Below, one piece after another: positions 37,830 through 50,607 of a DNA stretch of 64,000 bases. The stretch's first letter is position 1, and every line of letters starts with the position of its first letter. The notes below the pieces were generated by a model. That model did no database searches. It had not been told where the DNA came from and saw only the letters and a program-made list of their open reading frames with translations. The stretch comes from Lytechinus pictus. Taxonomy: Eukaryota. Location: assembly GCF_037042905.1 (NCBI RefSeq), contig NC_087250.1, positions 22,942,001 to 23,006,000 on the forward strand, read 5' to 3'. The position numbers and the translations under genes are program-made.

Positions 37830-38107
37830 CATAATAATAATAATAATATAGGGTATTTATATTGCGCACATATCCACCTCGTTAGGTGCTCAAGGCGCTC
37901 CTATATTACCCGGCTAAGCTAGGCGTTCATAGCGCACACAGCTTTTTAAGGAATTACTTCCTACCGGTACCCATTTACCTCACCTGGGTTGAGTGCAGCA
38001 CACTGTGGATCAGTTTCTTGCTGAAGGAAATTACGCTATGGCTGGGATTCGAACCACGACCCTCTGTTTCAAAGTTCGAAGACTAATCCACTGGGCCACA
38101 ACGCTCC
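37830..38107 (-). mobile_element. tRNA-derived SINE
   Basis: Reverse-complement copy of the 24515 family with (TTA)n tail. Confidence 0.85.
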
Positions 38108-39570
38108 ACAGCATACTGAATTTTTCTTCACAGTGAACTCTGTATTTTTACGTGAAGCGGATTTGCCCAGATTAAGTTACAAGGACTGCTGAAGGGATGA
38201 AAACAGGCTAGTGTGACCTCGACCTTTGACCTCAAAATCAATAGGCGTCATGGGATCCACAGCATCATACAAGTCAAATTATATGAACTGAAGTTATCGC
38301 GTTTACAAGGAAAAGATAACGGATGGACAGACAGACGGACACCGAGCATACCATAATACGTCCAGCCTAGGACGGGCGTATAAAAAAGAGCTTGATCAGT
38401 TCATCATGGACGGACATTTAACAAATTCTGAAAGTTGAAAGACTTGAAAAAATGAAGTATTGAAATTTGTCAATGTGTACTATGGTTCATTGCAAAGAGT
38501 ATCACTGAAATTATTCAATAGAATTTTGTTGGCATGGTTACGTATTAAAGATAGAATCTGAATACGGACGGACAGGATAGAAATGAGTTTCTACACTTGT
38601 CAGTGATCTTTAGTTGTGTCTATCTACATGATCTAAACGAAGAAATAATGCTGACAAATTATTTTCATTGCAGATGTTCATTATCTAATAAGGTGACTTC
38701 CCTGGCATATTATGTATATAAATTTGGATAAATTTGAAGCAACCTTTAACTTTTATTTTAGAATGACAAAATTTTTGTCACGGACGAACATTTTGTGTCA
38801 CAAATGCGCATTATCCAAATTAAAATTGTTATTTCAGCCCATGGCCCAGTACGCCATATCACTAATAAACTTGAAAAAAAAAACAAATAAAAAAGGAGAA
38901 ATTCCCTATGTCCACAGGATAGATATATCCCAGCTATAATGCAGTCAGTAAGTATTGTCTTATTGAGTGTGTGGAAACCATTTTGCATGAGCTGTGACCT
39001 TTGACCTGCAGAGTCCTACTTGAACTTGACTTGTATTGTAGTGTCATCTAACGACATACCATTTATTTTTAATTCTATTAAATATAATATCATGTTATCA
39101 CTAAAAAATCATTTTGCGCATATAATGAACAGTGACCTTTTACCGAAAGCTTGTATTTCAGTGTCATTTACCTACACACCAAAACATTCTTAAATTCTAT
39201 CGAATATTTTTCAACTTTTCAGCCAGAAACCAATCCGCATATATAATAAGCTTTGACTTTTGACCTTGGACTTGAGGACTCCAAATTTGAAAATTACATG
39301 TACTTTATATTATGAGCGACTTATACACCAAAATATTTAAAATCTGTCAAATATTCTGAAAAATATAAAGCCCCCCTCGAGAATACTAGTGTGTTGGGGG
39401 AAGGGTTATCTGGGTTAAATTTATTAATTACAATACCATTTATTAGATTTATGTAATAAAATATATCCCCTACAATTACAAAATAATTGAATAAGAAATC
39501 CCCTACATACCACTGCAAAATAATGCAAATGTCCGTCCGTGACAATATTCCTAATTAACTTTCGCAATGA

Positions 39571-40212
39571 TTAATGATGATGAGTGACAGTGTAATGCGC
39601 TTTTCTGCATTTACCGTTAACAGCATTCCTGAGTTGTTGTTTTTTTTCGTCGCCAGAGAAGTCACCTGGGAATTGCATGTCCGCTTGAGCGGCTATCGCC
39701 CGGATAATATAATCACGCCTAAGGGCTTTCTTGGACCCATCACCATTGAAGCTGTAGGTGGCCAACTCCTCCTTTGTGTAAAACTCCGAGAGGAGTTTGA
39801 CCACCAGCTCTCTCCCATTCTTACACCGCTCAAACACCTGCATATATTTCGCCTTGGTCATGTAAGCATTGGCGTCATGACTGCCTATGCTGATACTGTC
39901 GTCATCCAATTTGCAGTGGTAAACGGGGTCTGGTTTCTGGTTTCTAGGGACGTGAGTGGTAGTACATGTAGTTGCCTTATTTAATTCTTCCAATTTATTG
40001 ATGATTTTTGTTTGATTTGTTAAAATTAACTTGTTCTGTGTGTGAATGCTATCGAGCTTCTGCATGATGACAGATTGGGATTGGGAGGCGGAGAGGGAGC
40101 TAGACTGTGAGTTTACATAATGGGATTCTGAAGCGTCATGTGCTGCGAATGAAGACTCGTCCAGCATGTTTAGCAAAGCATCATAGTCTAATCCTTCGTC
40201 AGTTGCCTTGAG
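39571..40212 (-). CDS. Terminal exon of a coiled-coil + BEN-domain protein
   Basis: ttttacag acceptor, 214 open codons incl. stop; LVVKLLSEFYTKEELATYSFNG...IIRAI...LRNAVNGKCR fits the BEN pattern (LL..FF..EEL...S..G ... N.KC); upstream exons not resolved. Confidence 0.72.
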   Translation of the reverse strand, partial: LKATDEGLDYDALLNMLDESSFAAHDASESHYVNSQSSSLSASQSQSVIMQKLDSIHTQNKLILTNQTKIINKLEELNKATTCTTTHVPRNQKPDPVYHCKLDDDSISIGSHDANAYMTKAKYMQVFERCKNGRELVVKLLSEFYTKEELATYSFNGDGSKKALRRDYIIRAIAAQADMQFPGDFSGDEKKQQLRNAVNGKCRKAHYTVTHHH

Positions 40213-40897
40213 CTGTAAAACAGTAAGATGAATTAATTGAGAAATGTATTACATTTATATCTTCGCTATATGCTATGTATCATTAATTAAGGTCGAAACA
40301 GCCGTTTCATTCATTTTTATTCTAATTTATACGAGTCATATACCTATTATGTAGCTTGTGCAAAATAAGTAAAAACAGCTGTTTTCGACTTGCCCTATAC
40401 TGCCGCCGTTGAGCAAATGTGACCGATGTCTTAAGACTTCAGTAAAACAATATTATTATTTTTATATGTTTTTGAGGGTGTCACGTTTTAGTGGTTACGA
40501 CTCTCGCCGTTCCAGCTATGGCGTGCTTTCTTATGAAAGAAATTTACCCAAATTGTGCTACACTCGACCCAGGTATTAAAGGTGAATGGCTACCTGTCAT
40601 CATGATTACTCTCTTGAATTCGGATACCACCGGGTAATAATTCCGTTTTATAAATTTTTTTTGCCAACTTCTCTTCACTCAAAGTATTTATCTCTATCTT
40701 TTATCTCACTCCTCGGGGGCCACGAAAACGGAGGAGGGGGGGTGGTTGTTAGGGTTTTTCAGCTTTTTCCTAAAACCATGTAAAAAACCATCTTGTGACC
40801 ATCTGATTGTGATTTTATTTTGCATGGCCACCTCCCCCCACCTTCCAAACATTTCCGCGGCCCCTGCTCCTTTTTGGGTTATATATATCTCTCCCAT

Positions 40898-41485
40898 CCG
40901 GGGGAGCAACTTACATTGACGGGTGGATACCATGCGCGACCAAAAAAAAACACGTAAAAAGGATGTCTTCCTCAAGATAGGGCACGTTACGTACGTAACG
41001 TAATAAGGGTGTCAAAAACACTAAAATAATGAAAAAAGGGTATCTATTTCGCTAGGAAAGCTACTTGTTTAGGGTCAGATTTGCGAGGGTATAAAAAATT
41101 AAGACTACTGAAAATATGATGTACTTTTTGCCCCAACAGTCAACACTTTACGTGTTTAGAGTACGATTCGTGCGAGGTGGGGCCATGGAGCTATTAATAG
41201 CTCTATGGTGGGGCCGTACTATTAGTACTACTAAACCCAATGATGTAGGTAAAGTACTAAAACCGACAACCAACGTCCGTGACATAACAATTACTTGTTT
41301 AGGGGTTCAATTCAGGGAATTCTTGCCAAGAGTATCGTCATACTTGTTAAGGGTAAGGTTTCACACGCCAATACTTGTTAAGGGGTGCATTTTCAGAATA
41401 TAGAAAATACGTTTAGGGTTCTTTTCGAGACCCCATGGTCGCGCATGGTATCCACTCGTCAATGGAAGTGGCCCCCTCCCCCGGG
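40898..41485. mobile_element. MITE with CCGGG termini
   Basis: Inverted cattgacg(g/a)gtggataccatgcgcgacc at both ends. Confidence 0.7.
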
Positions 41486-42620
41486 CTCTCCCACTTTCCT
41501 TTTCTCACTTTCTCATCCTCCCTTGCTCATTTCCATCTAATATGCTTTTATTTTTTATTTGTATCCGATTAACTTAAAAAGTAAAAGAATGTTCTTGCGT
41601 GCAATTATCAAATCGGGGGGGGGGGGGGGGATCTTTGAACTCAAAGACAAATTGTTAGCACCATATACAGATTATACAGCGTATGAGTTTGTGAAATGAA
41701 TTCTTAACCAAAATTATCACTTACATAGAAAAGGATGTGTGGGCAGGGCATTATAATTGCTCTTAGAAAATGAAAGACTTATTCTGTGCTTTAATAAGCA
41801 TACTACACACAAAATGTAAAATAAATTCTACATCATGGCCAAGGGAAGTAGGGGGGCTGAGGTGCTCGTGCTGCGTGTATTTAATAGGCAGCACCCATAT
41901 TCGGAAAGATGGGTAAAAATTGGAGAAGATGTAACCAAAATTACCTTCATAATGTTGTTAACCGCCACTTTTTTTTGCTTTTCAAATTTCTCTGGACCAA
42001 AGTGACCACCATTTTGTAGTGATTTTTTTCTTTTCCGCTTTTCAAATTTATATATCAGCATCCCCAGTAAAAAATCTTTCCCAGGACCCTGTTCTATAAT
42101 TATGTACCTGCAGATTGTAGACAGCAAATTGTTTCTACCTAACTAGGATATATGATTTTGCTGCCCTTTATGGAAAAAGCAAAAAATAATTGATGATAAA
42201 AAGTGAAATGACTGGGTGCATGTGGTTGCAAAATTAATGTGACACATACCACCATGCACAAAATGTGTGTTTCCTCATAAACTCATCCTTCTTTATGAGG
42301 AAGTGGTTGGAAGTGTATAAATTATTCAAAATTGTAAAATTAGATTTTTGTAAAATAATTTGAAACTATTACAATATTTTGCCCAATATCAGCATATGAT
42401 AAGGCTGTGAGGTATATTTCGTCATGTGTTTAAGATCCACTTTTGTGTTCAATTAACATTGGGAATATTCGCAATGATAAATTTTCACAGCAAATCACTT
42501 GTCAACTCGCGGCATCAAAAGTCACCAAAGGCTACAGTGCCCCTGTGTATTCTTGTTTAAAAATTCGAAAGGTACATGAAATAATTTGCATTTTCATTTC
42601 GTTTTCACTCCATCCTTTAA

Positions 42621-43205
42621 AGGAGAATGAAACCCTTGAAACCAGCTGAATCCATATCAAAGAGAAAAATCAAAGAAACATATTGTTGAAAGTTTGAGGA
42701 AGATTGAATGAATAATAAGAAAGTTATGAGCATTTGAATATTGAGATCACTAATGCCATGTAGATCCTCCTATTGGCAATGCGACCAAGATCTGTGATGT
42801 CACACACGTACAACTCCCTCATTACTTTAGTACTTATTTCACTTATATTCTCACTTTTATAGAGTCTATCACAATGTGAGGTGTTCTCTTTATGAGAGGA
42901 CAAGTACAGAGGTTTCACAACATTACTATCATTGATGAATCGTTTGTCATATGATTAGAATGAGCAAAAAGCGATGTTTTGGGGTATATTTTCAGTGTCC
43001 AAAAGGGGAGAGTTGTTCATCTGTGATATCATAGATCTTGGTCGCATTGCCAATGGGAGGATCTCCATAGCATTAGTGATCTCGACATTCAAATGCTCAT
43101 AACTCTTCTATTGCTAGTCCTAATTTACTCAAACTTTTGTTGATCTTATTCTTTGATTTTTCTGCTTTCACAAAAGCTAACTTGCTCCAAGAGTTTCATT
43201 CTCCT
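42621..43205. mobile_element. Kolobok-like MITE
   Basis: ttaa|aggagaatgaaac ... gtttcattctcct|ttaa. Confidence 0.85.
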
Positions 43206-45460
43206 TTAATACCTTTATGAGCTAACGGACACAGACATCAAATATCAAATAATGTACTCATTGCGGCAACACGGTTCGAAATCCGACTATTTCATTGGTC
43301 AGTTTTGTGGGCGTTGTCGAGGGCTCGTCTCTGTCCTTCTCGTGTCATTCATCTCTCGTTCTTGTTTGGCACTCCGAGTGCTCGGTACGTACGTGTATTA
43401 GACTCTGGATGGGGTGTAGATCTAGCTTGATTCATTTCTCTTTTAAACAATGTATTTTGGCTGTCTTTATAATCCCCCAACATCTCTGTTCCCTTTTGGA
43501 AATATTGCACGAAATTCTCGCACATTTACATGCATGTTAACAAGACGATACTCTTTCACATGGACAAATCAAAACTTTTCTGCGCTGCCGTACCCCGGTG
43601 CCGTACTCTAATTGCATCGCTTCCACTGAACAGTTAAGAAACAAGAAAATGAAATCCAGAGTTCAATTTTTGTCAAATATTTTACTCGCGTGGTAATAGA
43701 AAAAATATCAAGCTGAAACTTGATTTTCATTTAAATTCACTTCATTATTAAAAGGATATATGACTTTTGGTGTCACTAATTATATATTTCTATCTGAAAA
43801 CTGTATTAAGAGTGGATATTTAATCCAATTTCATTAATGTAAACTATGCACAAGGTCACAATGTTGGGGATTATTTTCGAATCGGCCCTACGGCCCCAAT
43901 AGGAGAAATGTGACTGCAGTCATGTATGTAGAATGTCAAACTCTGCAGTTTTTAATTTTGTGCGAAAAAGGGACTCTACTCTGAACGGTGCCATATCAAC
44001 AGGTTTTCGTAAGACTTTCGGGCGATCAGATCCGAACGCCAGCGAAGCTATCTTCCAAAATGGCTTTCTGAACAAGTTTTGACTGCACCTAGTCTTAGTA
44101 CTGTAATGAGAACGAGGTGCATGTTTACAGAATATGAAATCTAGTATAAACAGGCGCGTATCTTGTACATATGCCCAAGTCTGGCCAAGTAAAATCTTGA
44201 GTTCTCGTCGCGTTTCTCTCTCGATAAGCCGCGTTGCGAAGCGTCGGTGCCAATACTTTTTTCTTGGGTATTTATACCCACAGAGCATGCGTAGCGCGAT
44301 TCCAGGAGGGAGGGAGTGTGAGTTAATGAACTTTTGAGAAAAGAAAGGGGCATTCTTCCAGACAGGTCTATCAAATGCCGATAGCAGGGGCGGATCCAGC
44401 CTTCACCATTTGCATGAATTCGGTCTATGTATAATATGACGTTACCACATTATGAAATGTGACAAAGCTTTTACTGATTAGTCTTCTAATAATTATATTT
44501 GTGATTGAGATTAATATAAATACAAAAAAAATCTAGGAACTGCTTTAATGATATTTATTTGTAATAAATAAATTGACTTATTTTCTTATTTTTACATTCA
44601 GTCGTTCAAGTGGTGCAAAAGTTCCTTGACTTTTCAAAATATTTGCTATTCCATTAGGAGAAAAAATGAAGTGATGATGCCATGACATCATCGATACTGA
44701 GGGAACGAGAAACGTGTTTTTATTTTTATTTTTTTCACTTAGCCCGGGATTTAGCCTAAACTGAATTGAGTGTAGACAAAGTTCATCTCCATGGTAACCC
44801 CATTTACTACATATCAGTGCACACATGTCTCCTAGAATGTTTAATGTTATGCGACTTGATTCAGAGCTAGAGCTAGATAGAGAGACGACAGAGCTTTTCA
44901 TGGTACTAAACTACTAACATGCTGCACATATTTTGTAAAGGGGTCTTTTGAGTACTAGTATTCAACTTTTATAGATCTTGGCCTAATATTACTATTACAA
45001 CACTTCTTCATTTCCACAACCACATACATGGAAGACTTTGATATTAGTTTAAGGATTTTCTTCATTTACGAATTTGACGAACAAAGTGTTTCATGCAGGT
45101 TTTATGCTAGCAACAAGTGATCACATTGTCGGTCTAACGTTAGCTGTAGCTGTTACTGACTTAGTCTAGATCTAAGCCTAGACCACATCTTCCTGAAATA
45201 CTGGGTTTGGGCCTAGGGGTGGGAGTGAGCTAGTCTTGTCTACCATGGCCATGGATTCGTATTGGAGTTCATTGCAGACACTAGACAGTCCGTCACAAAA
45301 TGGAATTTGAAATTGGAAAGAACAGGTAGATTTGGACCTTAGGCTCTCGTACATATGTCTAACATGGCCATGGATTCGTATTGGAGTTCAATGCAGACAC
45401 TAGACAGTCCGTCACAAAATGGAATTTGAAATTGGAAAGAACAGGTAGATTTGGACCTTA

Positions 45461-45924
45461 GAGGCCGTTCTCATTACGCTTTCTAAAACTAGTTTACTGG
45501 AAACCGATTCAGGAAACCACTTTGGAAGATCGCTTTGCTAGCGTTCCCACTTGATCACACGAAAGTGGTTTTCAAAATCACTTCACGTAAAGCGCTCTTG
45601 TTGCTGTGGAAACGCTCTCAGTGGGGTGACACGTTTCGTGCGAAATCCGAAACCGCAGCATAGGCATTCTACACCTGTCGTGTGGAGTGGCGCGCTAAAA
45701 ATGTGCGAAGATCGCTTCCCGAAGAACGGTTGTGTCCTCACTTACGCTAAAACCAGTTTAACGAGGCAAAGCGATCTTGAAAACTACATCGCGAGGTGGT
45801 TTTCCAAACTGGTTTGGAAGATCGCTTCCAAGACCGCTTTGACCGTTCTCACTACGCGTTAAACTAGTTTCCACTAAACTAGTTTCCAGTAAACTAGTTT
45901 TAGGAACATAGTGAGAACAGCCTC
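45461..45924. mobile_element. Harbinger-like MITE in the second copy of a ~119-bp tandem duplication
   Basis: TIR gaggc(c/t)gttctca, TTA/CTA flanks; empty site visible at ~45339. Confidence 0.8.
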
Positions 45925-46101
45925 CTAGGCTCTCGTACATAGATGACAGTTGGACCACCTGTTATCCAATGGAGCGTCATAAATTGGATTAAATACGCCT
46001 ATAGTGGAATAGTGACAAGACCTGGTTGTACCTCGTGGCACGTGTTCCTCTTTTGAACGGTTGTCAGGACTTGGTAAGTTTCTTTGTAGTTTTCCTTTTA
46101 A

Positions 46102-46939
46102 AGGACAAGTCCACCCCAACAAAAAAATATTTCAATAAAAAGAGAAAAATCAAACAAGCATAACACTGAAAATTCTTATTTTACATCCGATTTTGATGAA
46201 ATTTTCAGTGTTTTGCTTCTTGTATTTTTCTCTTTTTATTCAACTTTTGGTTGGACTGGAATTGTCCTTTAGGGTAAGAGGGGGGGGGGGGTAATTCAAG
46301 CTGGATAATTAAGTGATATCAAGTATAGGCTCTCAATCAGTGTTTTGTTAGGTACAGTTATTAAAGGTTAAGTCCATCTCAGAAAAATGTTGATTTAAAT
46401 CAATAGAGAAAAAATCAGAGAAGTATAATGCTGAAAATTTCATCAAATTTGCATGTAAAATAAGAAAATAATGACACTTTAAAATTTTGTTTTTTTACAT
46501 TATGTAGTCACATGCAACTGAGAGAATCAATTATGTCACTTACTATTTCCTTTTTTTTTTTTTTTTTTTTTTTTACAAAATTTCATTTTTTACAGATTTG
46601 ACAATAGGGACCAACTTGCATGACAGAACTATAAAATGTTACACGGTAATTCCACATGTTCAGGTGTTCAGGGAGAAATGAAACTTTGCTTCACAGGAAA
46701 ATTGGGAGAAAATTCGAATATTTCTTATTTCATATTATAAAATACAAAAGAAATAGTGAGTGTGTGATGTCATCAATTCCCTCATTTGCATACCGACCAG
46801 GATGTGCATATAACTGTTTTGTGAAATTAAGTGAAATTTAAAAAATGTCATGACTTTTCAGCATGAAATTTTCAGCATTATACTTGTTGGATTTTTCGCT
46901 TTTTATTAAAATCAACTTGTTGTTGGGTAGACTTGTCCT
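46102..46939. mobile_element. Two related Kolobok-like MITEs (46102-46268 and 46365-46939)
   Basis: ttaa|aggacaagtcca-type termini. Confidence 0.7.
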
Positions 46940-47735
46940 TTAATGAATAGTGTCTCGACTTAATGTTCAATTGCTAATAATTACATATATAAAAAAGGCC
47001 TTAAGGTGTTGTTGAAGTGTGGTTTGAGTCCGTACGACAACAAAAAAAATATACTTGTGTAGAAAATTTCCTCTCATTTTGAAAGTATAACTGGGTCAGG
47101 TAACATTATTAAGACTAGTTTACAAAGTCCAACATTTCTACGACAAATTTACCATCAACATCGGATCGAAGGACTTAAAGGCCAAGTCTGCCCAGAAAAT
47201 GTTGATTTGAATAAAGAGAGATAAATCAAACCAACATATAATGACAATGTCATCAAAATCGGATGTCTAATAAGAAGATTTTGACATTTTAAAGATTTGC
47301 TTAGCTTTCACAAAACTATGCACAACTCAGTGAGATGCAAATGAGACAGTCTATGATGTCCCTTTTTTGTTTTTCTTGTTGCTATTTCAGAATAATTTGC
47401 TCTGACCCATGACATGTACTATTTCACTATACGTTTGATTTCTGTTGAGTATAATCTATTGTTATTCCGTGTAATTACCAGAAGATTCATCATATTTTTT
47501 GGTTTTGCTTTAATTCAATATTATTTACCATTATGTACGTTCTGTTACTTATTCTATATATGATTTGCTTTATTTGTTTTGTTAAGCAACTAAAACTGAA
47601 GAAAGCCAGGGCCGAAAGCTTTACAAAATAGCGTATACATGTTTCATCCTTGATTCTACCCTTCAAATATATTATTATTCTGAACCGTGATCAGAGCGAT
47701 TTGTACAAATATTCACGCCTCTCTCTCTCGTTATA

Positions 47736-48245
47736 CAGTGCGACCCACAAAAAAGGGAATCCCTTTTTCAGATATAGATTTCACAATTATTTGTTTCTAC
47801 TATAAATTTGATACTCATGCGAAGAGTGGAATCTCATCTCTAATTTGAAACCAACAGGTTAGCAAGTCGTTCTAGAATGGCAAATTACAAACAATATAAT
47901 AAGGCATATCAGAAAAGATTTGCGCAGAAACGTATGCGTGAATCTGCATCCTCTCTCATTTCAGGGATCAGTGAGAGAAGCTACAAAAGAAATGCTAATG
48001 AGCCAATCGTCGAATTAGCACGGTATCATAAACACATCTTGTCCAATTTTTCTGCACAACTTGATTTCGACGTTAAAAATTTAAACTCGTCTTGCTCATT
48101 ACTGCGTAAAGTGTTCGTCACATATTAGGCACCAAAATGTAGAGAAATAATTGAATTTTATCATGATGCAAATTAAATATCACTAATTTGCCATTGGAAA
48201 AAAAATATGTGGAAATCCCAGTTTCCTCTTTTCTAGGACGCACTG
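47736..48245. mobile_element. Tc1/mariner-like MITE
   Basis: ta|cagtgcgaccca ... taggacgcactg. Confidence 0.6.
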
Positions 48246-48421
48246 GATATTAACAAAAAATGGACGTTGCCATGTAATATTTAAATCTAATACTATTCGT
48301 ATGTATTTATCAGTTCACTGAATTTGAAATGTGCACAAAAAATGTTACAATTCAAAATAGAATACACACGATACCAACGTTGGAGGGGAAAATATTACTC
48401 TAGGCAGTCGTGATTTATTCA

Positions 48422-48703
48422 GGAGCGTTGTGGCCCAGTGGATAAGTCTCCTGACTTTGAAACAGAGGGTCGTGGGTTCGAATCCCAGCCATAGCGTAAT
48501 TTCCTTCAGCAAGAAATTTATCCACATTGTGCTGCACTTGACCCAGGTGAGGTGAATGGGTACCCGGCAGGATTAATTCCTTGAATGCACGAGCGCTGAA
48601 AGGCAGATCGAGCTAAAGCCGGGGTAATAATAATAACAACGCGCCTCGGAATAGAATATTTCTAGATAGATGGCGCTATATAAATGCCTATTACTATTAT
48701 TAT
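48422..48703 (+). mobile_element. tRNA-derived SINE (intact reference for the split copy)
   Basis: A/B boxes, central aatgggtacc, 3' ggaatagaatatttctagatagatggcgctatataaatgcc(tat)n. Confidence 0.88.
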
Positions 48704-49761
48704 TCACAAAGATGAAGATAATTCCCATCACCATCCATTTGTAATGCATGAAAGATGATTTGTCCACCCCCCCCCCTTCCCAACAACGCACTTTATAAGG
48801 GAGAGAGACAGAAAGGGAGAGGCGTGTTAAATTTACCCTGAGGCTAAAAATTTGGAAATTACGTCAAAAGATGTCTTGGAATGAGAATAACACCAAAAAT
48901 ATTCATTCAATCTCAGGGCTTTTTAGAACGAATTCAGCTAAAAGAGAGGAAGAAAAGAGAACTTAGTAGATGAACCTTTTAGGGGGCTATTATTAAAGAG
49001 ACAGAGCCATAAGAGAGAGGGGGGGGGAAAGAATGTTGGCAACAGCTCCCCCGGCCCTCTCCCTTCTGCAGTTAAGACATACTGCAAACAACCTCTAACC
49101 ATGACGCTCACTCACCGCGAAATGTGAGAGCACATGGTCGTCATCATTTGATCACCCTGTAAGCGTTGTATGGACCTACGACTAGTGCGACTCTGTCAGA
49201 GTAGCAGGTCCATGCTCTATTCGAAATTCGTGGTGTGATGGAGAGTTTTCTTCTCGTATATTTTTTTGGTTATGTTTTATATTTTTTTCATATATATATA
49301 TATTTGCTCTTGCGGCTGAGGGGTGAAAATTCGAGCTGGATAATTAAGTGATAACATGTACAGGAACTCAATCGGCTGACTTTTTTAGTGTTTTCTTAGG
49401 TAGCTGTTAACAGGTAACTGTTTTTAAATACACTGATTAATCAATAAATATAAACGTCTAGAATAATTGTGACGTCTTTCTCTGAATACAGGTTATGGTT
49501 TTGTAGGATGCACTGTATAGAGTACATTATTAAATTACGTTAGGCCTAGATCTTAATATTTGTAGTGAACAATTACACTCTAACGTTACATTGAAGTTGT
49601 AGTGAATAATTACACTCTAACGTTACATTGAAGTTCTCTGTAACGTTACACCCCTCCCCTTTCCTTTCACTTTCCAAGAAGCAAGCCTTTAACGTTAGAA
49701 ATGTCTTGTAGTTCTAAAACAAGATTTGAATCACTACTAAAAATGAATTAAAATCACTTAC

Positions 49762-50041
49762 TGAGGTTTGGATGTTGCTCTTTCAACCCTGGAACAGTAT
49801 CAAGGAGATGACTCCTGATACCCCCCAGGGTTGTCCCACAAGCTATGCCGACCACCGAGTGTCTCCTTCTGCGGGCTTTAAACCCACTTGCCGTGATGAA
49901 ATCGCGGGCAGTGTCGACTGCATTTGGAAAACCATCCTTAACGTATGGTCTTCCACGACGTAGTCTTTTGACTTTTATTTCCTTTTCAACTTTGCACTTC
50001 TTCGGGCTAGGTTGATCTAGCCATGCCAGTAGTGTTGCCAT
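49762..50041 (-). CDS. First exon of a Zator/TP36-related transposase-like gene (later exons not found; probably defective)
   Basis: ATG ~330 nt inside the TIR; GRP...FP..V..ARDFI...GF.A.RRRH...G.TL..IR.HLL..VPGL....P.LS then gtaagt; resembles the N-terminus of Zator-type transposases from memory. Confidence 0.55.
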
Positions 50042-50369
50042 GATGAAGTGTAATCTGGCTGGTCTTGCTGCTGTATCTCCAGGCACTTTTGCATGCGCTG
50101 TGACTTGGTGCTATTCCACTTCGTTCCGCCGATGACAAGCCTATATTCCGCTTCGTTCCACCGATCCTAGCGTTCCGCCGTCAAGTTCATTGCCACGCCC
50201 ACAAATCGTCGGAACCCGTTCTTGATACTGTCCAGTGTTCTCGTGCAAGCGAACGGACCTCAATAATAAAAATACGGTCCCTAAGAAATGTGTCAATATT
50301 TTTGCGGCCGATCAGCAATTCGCAAAATCCGTGAAAATAAAACCCCCACGAAAATAACAGCTTATACAG

Positions 50370-50607
50370 TATTCTGAGCTGCATTGTTTATCATTATTAT
50401 TTCCCTAGCTTTAGCTTGAGCTGCCTCTCAGCGCTCAAAGCATTCAAGGAATTCATCCTGCCGGGTAACCATTCACCTCACCTGGGTCGAGTGCAGCACA
50501 ATGAGAATAAATTTCTTGCTGAAGGAAATTACGCCATGGCAGGGATTCGAACACACGACCCTCTGTTTCAAAGTCAGAAGACTAATCCTCTGGGCCACAA
50601 CGCTCCA
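50370..50607 (-). mobile_element. 5' part of a tRNA-derived SINE whose 3' tail lies at 33163-33213
   Basis: Joined halves (ctagaaataatc-ta-ttctgag) match the reverse complement of 48422-48703 (ctagaaatattc-ta-ttccgag). Confidence 0.88.

Larger units (their letters stand above)
33214..50369 (-). mobile_element. 17.2-kb cargo-bearing DNA transposon, TA TSD
   Basis: TIR CTGTA(C/T)AAGCTGTTATTTT (18/19 match) flanked by TA; removing it rejoins the two halves of one SINE. Confidence 0.85.

Noticed and set aside
49117..49216. Second exon of the transposase-like gene (gtgagt donor present)
   Set aside because: No frame gave a convincing continuation of the expected motifs
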